Assembly: GCA_035532075.1 (NCBI GenBank)
Contig: DATKRV010000006.1
Span: 5,739-69,738, forward strand
Direction of reading: 5' to 3'
Source: Acidimicrobiales bacterium
GTDB lineage: Bacteria > Actinomycetota > Acidimicrobiia > Acidimicrobiales > Bog-793
Length of the DNA: 64,000 nt
Position numbers and translations under genes: made by a program. The notes beneath the pieces are model-generated. The model saw only the letters and a program-made list of their open reading frames with translations. It ran no database searches and was not told the origin of the DNA. Shown piece by piece: positions 57,909-64,000 of the stretch. The number at the start of each line of letters is the position of its first letter. The first letter of the stretch is position 1.

Positions 57909-58697
57909 ATGATGCAAGAGGGTCGCGGAGAGCTTTCAAAGGGCACGCCGGTCGAGATCGCCCGCGCAATCTGGGATGAGCACGCGCAGTGGTGGCGTGC
58001 GACTTTCAGCGAGGGCGCGGACATCGAATATGCACAAGAGATCGTGCCGCTTGTCATCGGGATGTTCGCCGGTCGACGTCATGTACTCGACCTCGGATGT
58101 GGTGAAGGGCAGATTGCGCGCGCGCTGTGTCGGGCGAATGAAGTGATAGAGATCATTGGTCTCGATCCGTCCAACGCGCAGCTGTCGAACGCGCGTAACG
58201 TTGCCTCGCCGGCGATCTCTTATGTCCAAGGAGCCGCTGAGCAGGTTCCATTTGCCGATGGTTCGTTTGACGGTGTCGTCTGTTGCCTTGCGATAGAACA
58301 CTGTGAAGACGTCGATCGGGTTCTCAACGAGGTAGCGCGCGTACTTGGCCCAGGCGGCCTCTTTTTCTTGCTCATCAACCACCCCATGTACCAGGGAATC
58401 GGGAGCGGATTCGTCGATGACCGGATTCTCGGAGAGCACTACTGGCGAGTCGGCCCCTATCTCGAGGAGCGGGTTGCCTTCGAGGAGGTGGACCGCGGCG
58501 TCATCCTTCCCTTCGCGCATCGTCCGCTGTCTCGTTACATCAATCCACTTGGAGCACATGATCTTGTGCTGGTCGAGATGTTCGAACCACCACCATTACC
58601 CGCCTTTCTCACCGATTCCACCGATCCCGAGCTCGAATCGACCATCCCACGCCTGCTCGCCATGCTCTTCGAGCATCGACCCCGGCCTACAATCTGA
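57909..58697 (+). CDS. Class I SAM-dependent methyltransferase
   Basis: VLDLGCGEGQIARAL and DGVVCCLAIEH motifs. Confidence 0.75.
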   Translation: MMQEGRGELSKGTPVEIARAIWDEHAQWWRATFSEGADIEYAQEIVPLVIGMFAGRRHVLDLGCGEGQIARALCRANEVIEIIGLDPSNAQLSNARNVASPAISYVQGAAEQVPFADGSFDGVVCCLAIEHCEDVDRVLNEVARVLGPGGLFFLLINHPMYQGIGSGFVDDRILGEHYWRVGPYLEERVAFEEVDRGVILPFAHRPLSRYINPLGAHDLVLVEMFEPPPLPAFLTDSTDPELESTIPRLLAMLFEHRPRPTI

Positions 58698-58757
58698 ACG
58701 ACAACGTGGCACGACAGCGGGTCGATTAGTCGTTGACGCGAGAGAGGATTCACGAGT

Positions 58758-59612
58758 GTGATTGAGTGTCTTGTCGTCGCTGGTCTGTCTGGAGCAGGGA
58801 GATCGAGTGCCGCCGCGACGCTCGAGGACCTCGGCTGGTTCGTGATCGACAACCTCCCGCCGACGTTGATCGGCCGCGTCGCCGAGCTCGCGGCGAGACG
58901 CGATTCCGATCTCGAGCGACTCTGCTTTGTCACCGGACGCGCCGGACCAGACTCAATCGGAGATCTCAACGCGGTCGTTACGACATTACGCGCGACGGGC
59001 GCGCGTGTGAGGATGTTGTTCCTTGATTCTTCAGACGAGGTTTTGGTTCGCAGGTTCGAGGGAACGCGTCGCCGGCACCCCGTCGAGGCACCCACACTTC
59101 TTGATGCGATCCGCACGGAGCGGGTGCAGTTGCAAGATATCCGCCAGAGCGCCGATGTGGTCATCGATACGAGCGCGGTGAACATCAATGAGTTGCGCAG
59201 CAGGCTCTCCGATCTTTTTGTCGATGACCGGTCGGGCGGGGGAATGGAGACGGCGGTGCTCTCATTCGGTTTCAAGCACGGTCTCCCGCTTGACGTCGAT
59301 GTTGTCCTTGATTGCCGATTTCTTCCCAACCCACATTGGGTTGACCAACTGCGAAACCTCACCGGTCTTGATGAGCCGGTGCGAAAGTTCGTTCTCGAGT
59401 CTGAGCAGTCGCGGGAGTTCCTCGACCGCGTCTTCGACCTTCTGACGTTCTTGCTTCCTGCCTATGCGAAAGAGGGCAAGGCATATCTGTCGATTGCGAT
59501 TGGATGCACGGGGGGTCGGCACCGCTCGGTCGTGATCGCCGAGGAACTCGCCCACAGGATCGAGGAACTCGGTTTTCATCCAAATGTGCACCATCGTGAT
59601 ATCGAGCGATAG
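58758..59612 (+). CDS. rapZ: RNase adapter / nucleotide-binding protein RapZ (YvcJ)
   Basis: VVAGLSGAGRS Walker A and IAIGCTGGRHRSV. Confidence 0.9.
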   Translation: MIECLVVAGLSGAGRSSAAATLEDLGWFVIDNLPPTLIGRVAELAARRDSDLERLCFVTGRAGPDSIGDLNAVVTTLRATGARVRMLFLDSSDEVLVRRFEGTRRRHPVEAPTLLDAIRTERVQLQDIRQSADVVIDTSAVNINELRSRLSDLFVDDRSGGGMETAVLSFGFKHGLPLDVDVVLDCRFLPNPHWVDQLRNLTGLDEPVRKFVLESEQSREFLDRVFDLLTFLLPAYAKEGKAYLSIAIGCTGGRHRSVVIAEELAHRIEELGFHPNVHHRDIER

Positions 59613-59649
59613 TCGGGCGAAATATGATCGATCAGTCGAGGTGGAGATC

Positions 59650-60552
59650 ATGAACGCGGCGATGCGCCAGAGCGAGCGCTTTCCCGGTGGTCCGCGCGTT
59701 GTGGCAATCGGGGGCGGACACGGGCAGGCGAAGAGCCTTGCGGCGATCCGTCAATTTGCCAGTTCGGTGACCGCGATTGTCTCGGTGGCCGACGACGGAG
59801 GATCGAGCGGACGACTGCGCAAGGAGCTTGGGATTCCCGCCCCGGGCGATCTGCGCAGGTGTGTGCATGCCCTTTTGCCGGAAGACTCTTTGCTTGGTGA
59901 CGCGCTTGAGCATCGCTTTGGAGCTGGGGAGCTCGAAGGTCACGCGTTCGGAAATCTTCTCCTCGCCGCGCTCTGCGTGGCGACGGACGACTTCGCGGAT
60001 GCCGTCGGAGAGGCCTGTCGCCTGCTCGATACCGTTGGCGTGGTGTGGCCAGCGACGACGACTCCGGTCACGCTGTGTGCCTCGACGCGTGACTCCGAAC
60101 TCGCCGGCCAGGTGCGGATCATGGCCACCGAGGGGGTGACCGAGGTCTCGCTCAATCCGATCGATGCTCCTTCTCCAGAGGGCGCAATACGGGCAATCAA
60201 GGAGGCGGAGATGGTCGTGCTCGGGCCGGGCTCACTCTATACGAGCGTGCTTGCAGCGCTTGTGCCGCGCGACGTGCGAGATGCATTGCACTTTTGCGAG
60301 GCAAAGACCGTCTATGTCTGCAATCTGCGCCAACAGATCCCCGAGACGGCCGGATACAGCGTCGGTCTCCACGTCGAGGCCCTGATCGCGCATGGCATCA
60401 CCCCCGACGTGGTGATTGCCGATACGCGCGAGATCGATCTCGGCGAGGTGCCAAGGGGTGTCGAGCTGCGCACCGCCGCACTGACCAGCGTAAAGGCGGC
60501 GGTGCATGATGTCGACCTACTTGCCAAAGAGCTCGTCTCGTTGTTGCCCTGA
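59650..60552 (+). CDS. yvcK: YvcK/CuvA-family (UPF0052, CofD-like) protein
   Basis: VVAIGGGHGQ and LGPGSLYTSVL motifs. ATG 59650 has a GAGGTGGAG upstream. Confidence 0.85.
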   Translation: MNAAMRQSERFPGGPRVVAIGGGHGQAKSLAAIRQFASSVTAIVSVADDGGSSGRLRKELGIPAPGDLRRCVHALLPEDSLLGDALEHRFGAGELEGHAFGNLLLAALCVATDDFADAVGEACRLLDTVGVVWPATTTPVTLCASTRDSELAGQVRIMATEGVTEVSLNPIDAPSPEGAIRAIKEAEMVVLGPGSLYTSVLAALVPRDVRDALHFCEAKTVYVCNLRQQIPETAGYSVGLHVEALIAHGITPDVVIADTREIDLGEVPRGVELRTAALTSVKAAVHDVDLLAKELVSLLP

Positions 60553-60738
60553 GTGATTTGATCGCCCGTTCCCTCTCCGCGTGGCACCGCTGTGACCTGC
60601 ACTTTGTATGGGAAATGCGATGATGGGCATTCGGTTGTTGCACGGACGGCTTTTCTAGGGCAGATTGTCTCGACTGCAATGGGGCAGTAAGTCGTGGCGC
60701 GCAAGCGTCGCGCGTACAGGTGTTCGGACGGTGACGGT

Positions 60739-61758
60739 ATGACCGTACGGGTGGCAATCAACGGTTTCGGCCGGATCGGGCGGAATTTCCTACGGGCCGT
60801 TTCGACATCAGGCAGTGAAATCGAGGTCGTTGCCCTCAACGACCTCGTCTCCATCGACGCCAACGCGCATCTTTTGCGCTATGACTCCTCCCACGGGCGG
60901 TTCCCCGGAACGGTCGTGGTCGACAGTCGGGGGATTGTCGTCAATGACCGAGCGATCGCGGTCTATGCCGAACGTGACCCGAAGGATCTTCCCTGGAAGG
61001 ATCTCGCGATTGACGTGGTCGTCGAGTCGACTGGGCGCTTCACCAAGCGCGACCAGGCGGCCAGGCACCTTGAGGCGGGCGCGCGACGCGTCGTGGTCTC
61101 TGCCCCCGCCGATGGAGCCGACGCAACATTTGTCGTCGGCGTGAACGACCAGAGCTTTGACCCCTCTTCACACTTCGTCGTTTCGAATGCGTCGTGTACC
61201 ACCAACTGCTTCGTGCCGATGGTGAAGGTGCTCGATGATGCCTTTGAGGTCCGTCACGGCCTGATGACCACCGTGCATGCGTACACCAACGACCAGGAGC
61301 TGCTCGATCTTGCGCGTGACAACATGCGCCGAGCGCGTGCCGCTGGTGTGAACATCGTCCCAACGCAGACCGGTGCCGCCCGAGCGACAAGCCTCGTCTT
61401 GGAGTCGATGAAGGGCCGTCTCGACGGTCAGGCGCTGCGCGTGCCGGTCCAGGATGGATCGATCACCGATTTCACCGCGATCGTCGGCGCGTCCGTCACG
61501 GTGGATCAGATCAATGCGGCCTTCGCGGCCGCGTCGAACTCCGGGCCCCTTGCGCCGGTGCTCGAGTACACGACGGATCCGATCGTCTCGAGTGACATCG
61601 TCGGAAATCCCGCCTCGTGTATCTTCGACTCGGAGCTGACGATGGCGATGGCGCTGCCCGATGGGACGACACTCGTCAAGGTCTTCGGTTGGTATGACAA
61701 CGAGTGGGGATATTCGAACCGTCTCGCGGATCTGATTGCGATCATCGGCAAGCCGTGA
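60739..61758 (+). CDS. gap: Glyceraldehyde-3-phosphate dehydrogenase
   Basis: VAINGFGRIGRN and SNASCTTNC (catalytic Cys), plus WYDNEWGYSNR. Confidence 0.95.
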   Translation: MTVRVAINGFGRIGRNFLRAVSTSGSEIEVVALNDLVSIDANAHLLRYDSSHGRFPGTVVVDSRGIVVNDRAIAVYAERDPKDLPWKDLAIDVVVESTGRFTKRDQAARHLEAGARRVVVSAPADGADATFVVGVNDQSFDPSSHFVVSNASCTTNCFVPMVKVLDDAFEVRHGLMTTVHAYTNDQELLDLARDNMRRARAAGVNIVPTQTGAARATSLVLESMKGRLDGQALRVPVQDGSITDFTAIVGASVTVDQINAAFAAASNSGPLAPVLEYTTDPIVSSDIVGNPASCIFDSELTMAMALPDGTTLVKVFGWYDNEWGYSNRLADLIAIIGKP

Positions 61759-62876
61759 GTCACCTCCTCCCGGAACTTGAGGACCTTCCCCCGTTATCCG
61801 GGAAAAGTGTCCTCGTCAGAGTCGATTTCAATGTACCGCTGAAGGTCGACGAATCCGGCCAGAGGGTGATCACCGATCGCTTTCGCATCCGCGAGGCGCT
61901 GCCGACACTGACCTATCTGATCAATCACCGAGCACGCGTCACGGTTTGTACGCATCTCGATCGACCGGGTGGAAAGTTCGTCCCCGAGCTCAGCGTCGAA
62001 CCGATCCGCGACTATCTCAACGAGCTCGTGCCCGGCGTGAACCTACTCGAGAACCTCCGTTTCGATCCGGGTGAAGAGGCGAACGACCCGGCGTTCCTTG
62101 ACTGGCTCCTGGACGGTCATGACTACTTTGTCAACGATGCGTTCGGTGTCTCCCATCGTCCGCATGCCTCGGTGATCGGACCCCCGACGCGGCTGCCATC
62201 GGCTGCGGGAAGGCTCTTGGCACGCGAGGCTGGAGTGCTGAGTCGATTGATCACCGCTCCGAACCGACCGTTCGTCGCGGTTGTCGGAGGGGCAAAGATC
62301 TCGGAGAAGCTCGCGGTATTGCGCGCGCTCTCGACCAAGGTCGACACCTTGATCGTCGGCGGAGGGATGTCGTATACCTTTCTCGCCGCCCTTGGTCACG
62401 GGATCGGCGATTCGCTGTTCGATCCAACCCAGGTCGAGGCATGCCGGGAGCTGCTCGAGGGTCCGACGAGGATTCTCCTTCCCCTTGACACGGTGGCAGT
62501 CAATCGGGCAAGTGGCGAGGTGCGCTCGGTTGGCGATGACATTCCGAGTGGCTTCTCCGGCCTTGATATCGGTCCGCTCTCGGTGGCGCGTTTTGTCGAG
62601 GAGATCGCCGGCGCGAAGACCGTGCTCTGGAATGGACCGATGGGTGTCTTTGAAGACGAGCGTTTCTGTGCCGGAACCCGCGCCGTCGCCGAGGCCGTCG
62701 CCTCGTGCGAGGGTTTTACCGTCGTCGGCGGCGGGGACTCTGTCGCGGCGATCGATGCATTCGAACTCGAGGACCGCATCGACCATGTCTCGACCGGTGG
62801 CGGTGCCTCGATGGAGTTCATCGAGCAGGGAGACCTCTGTGGCATCGCCGCACTGCGCAACTCCGTCCGCCACTAA
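61755..62876 (+). CDS. pgk: Phosphoglycerate kinase
   Basis: VRVDFNVPL, GGAKISEK and STGGGASMEF. GTGA overlap with gap. Confidence 0.95.
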   Translation: MSHLLPELEDLPPLSGKSVLVRVDFNVPLKVDESGQRVITDRFRIREALPTLTYLINHRARVTVCTHLDRPGGKFVPELSVEPIRDYLNELVPGVNLLENLRFDPGEEANDPAFLDWLLDGHDYFVNDAFGVSHRPHASVIGPPTRLPSAAGRLLAREAGVLSRLITAPNRPFVAVVGGAKISEKLAVLRALSTKVDTLIVGGGMSYTFLAALGHGIGDSLFDPTQVEACRELLEGPTRILLPLDTVAVNRASGEVRSVGDDIPSGFSGLDIGPLSVARFVEEIAGAKTVLWNGPMGVFEDERFCAGTRAVAEAVASCEGFTVVGGGDSVAAIDAFELEDRIDHVSTGGGASMEFIEQGDLCGIAALRNSVRH

Positions 62877-62940
62877 GCGCGTGACTGCTGGGCTTTCGAG
62901 AGGGGTCGTCGTGTCTCGATCGGGCCTCTTCTAAGGTGGT

Positions 62941-63732
62941 GTGGTGACAACCAGACGTTCCATGCTCATCAGCGGCAACTGGAAGATGTACGAGAACCAC
63001 TACGAGGCGATCAAGCTCGTCCAGGAGCTGGCTGCGCTGTTACGTGCCGAGGGTGTTCCAAACCATCGCGAGGTGAGCGTGCACCCTCCATTCACCTCGA
63101 TCCGCACGGTGCAGACCGCCGTTGAGTCCGATCATCTTCCCTTGGCGCTCGGAGCCCAGAGCTGTCACTTCGAAGACCGCGGAGCGTTCACGGGTGAGAT
63201 CAGCGCGGAGATGCTCGCCAAGCTCGGCGTCGCCTATGTGATTGCAGGCCACTCCGAGCGCAGGGTCTTGCTTGGCGAGACCGACGAGATCGTGCGCCGC
63301 AAGGTCGATGCGATCCTGCGGAATGCGATGCGTCCGATTCTCTGTGTCGGCGAGACGATGGAAGAGCGCTCCGCAGGGCGCGCGAGAGAGGTCGTTGCCC
63401 GACAGCTCCGTCTCGCGCTCGAGGGCAGGACCACCGAGCAGGTCGCCACCTGCGTGATCGCCTACGAGCCGCTCTGGGCGATCGGCACGGGTGAGACAGC
63501 CAGCCCTCGAGACGCGGGGGAGATGTGCAGCGCAATCCGCTCGGTGATCAGCGAAATTGCTGGTCGAGCGGCCGATGCATGTCGTATCCAGTACGGGGGG
63601 TCGGTGAATCCCGACAACGCGCCGGAGCTGTTGCGGGCGAAGAATGTCGATGGACTTTTGGTCGGCGGCGCGAGTCTCGACGCAGCGAAGTTCATGGCGA
63701 TTGTGCACGCGGGTGTCGATCCCGCCCGCTGA
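62941..63732 (+). CDS. tpiA: Triosephosphate isomerase
   Basis: SGNWKM, IAGHSERR and AYEPLWAIGTG. Confidence 0.95.
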   Translation: MVTTRRSMLISGNWKMYENHYEAIKLVQELAALLRAEGVPNHREVSVHPPFTSIRTVQTAVESDHLPLALGAQSCHFEDRGAFTGEISAEMLAKLGVAYVIAGHSERRVLLGETDEIVRRKVDAILRNAMRPILCVGETMEERSAGRAREVVARQLRLALEGRTTEQVATCVIAYEPLWAIGTGETASPRDAGEMCSAIRSVISEIAGRAADACRIQYGGSVNPDNAPELLRAKNVDGLLVGGASLDAAKFMAIVHAGVDPAR

Positions 63733-63771
63733 GGGGGAGAGCGGATGGGTGAGCTGATAGCCTAATTGGCC

Positions 63772-63798
63772 GGTCAGGTGCGCGCTTGACCATTTTTT
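63772..63798 (+). terminator. Intrinsic terminator-like hairpin between tpiA and secG
   Basis: Stem GGTCAGG/CTTGACC (7 bp including one G-U), loop TGCGCG, then ATTTTTT. It abuts the secG RBS (GGAGGT). Confidence 0.5.
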
Positions 63799-63812
63799 GG
63801 AGGTCTCCGCAG

Positions 63813-64000
63813 GTGCTGACAGACGCAATAGTTGCCGTTGAGGTTCTCTCTTCGTTTGCACTGATCTTGCTGATTCTCTTGCATAGTGGCCGCGGTGGTG
63901 GCCTCTCGGACATGTTTGGATCATCCGTTGGATCGGCCGCCGCCGGTTCGACCGTCGCTGAGAAGAACCTTGACCGTCTCACGATCGCCTTTGCGGTGGT
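63813..64000 (+). CDS. secG: Preprotein translocase subunit SecG (3' end outside the window)
   Basis: GTG start after a GGAGGT. VLSSFALILLILLHSGRGGGLSDMFG is the SecG signature. The frame is still open at the window end. Confidence 0.8.
   Translation, partial: MLTDAIVAVEVLSSFALILLILLHSGRGGGLSDMFGSSVGSAAAGSTVAEKNLDRLTIAFAV

Overview
High-GC actinobacterial-type chromosome segment. The lineage is inferred from an InhA-type enoyl-ACP reductase, PdtaR-like ANTAR regulator, IdeR, an F420-type LLM oxidoreductase, DUF1844 and a SARP/BTAD regulator. Most of the window is a conserved housekeeping backbone: rimP-nusA-ylxR-infB-rbfA-truB-ribF, def-fmt-rpe, hisG, infC-rpmI-rplT-trmH-pheS-pheT-maf, a minus-strand fabD-fabH-fabG-acpP-fabF operon, polA, rpsA, coaE, uvrB, uvrA, uvrC, rapZ-yvcK and gap-pgk-tpiA-secG. 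Two tRNA-linked accessory segments interrupt it. (1) Positions 1-5179 are the right end of an integrative island at tRNA-Cys(GCA). It carries a tyrosine integrase, an AbrB-type/RelE-like toxin-antitoxin (TA) pair, an RHH antitoxin beside a decayed Doc toxin, and an unusual 401-aa protein. That protein appears to combine two IF2_N-like repeats, a Doc-type Fic domain and a HicA-like domain. (2) Positions ~34.4-40.8 kb lie next to tRNA-Leu(CAA). They contain tRNA-3'-end-like repeats, about 2 kb of coding-poor DNA with an 11-bp x4 tandem repeat, and a coupled YfhO-like GT-C / SAM methyltransferase / GT2 cassette resembling gtr-type or CsbB-YfhO-type surface-glycan modification modules. Other points: FabD carries a C-terminal biotinyl/lipoyl-like domain without the modifiable Lys. 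RibF has a degenerate kinase half. A 15-bp minisatellite overlaps the fabF stop. An intrinsic terminator sits in the rimP-nusA leader. fmt and trmH may use CTG starts. whiA is absent after rapZ-yvcK. No CRISPR arrays, rRNA genes or transposases were seen. All calls rest on reading motifs by eye; no database searches were run.
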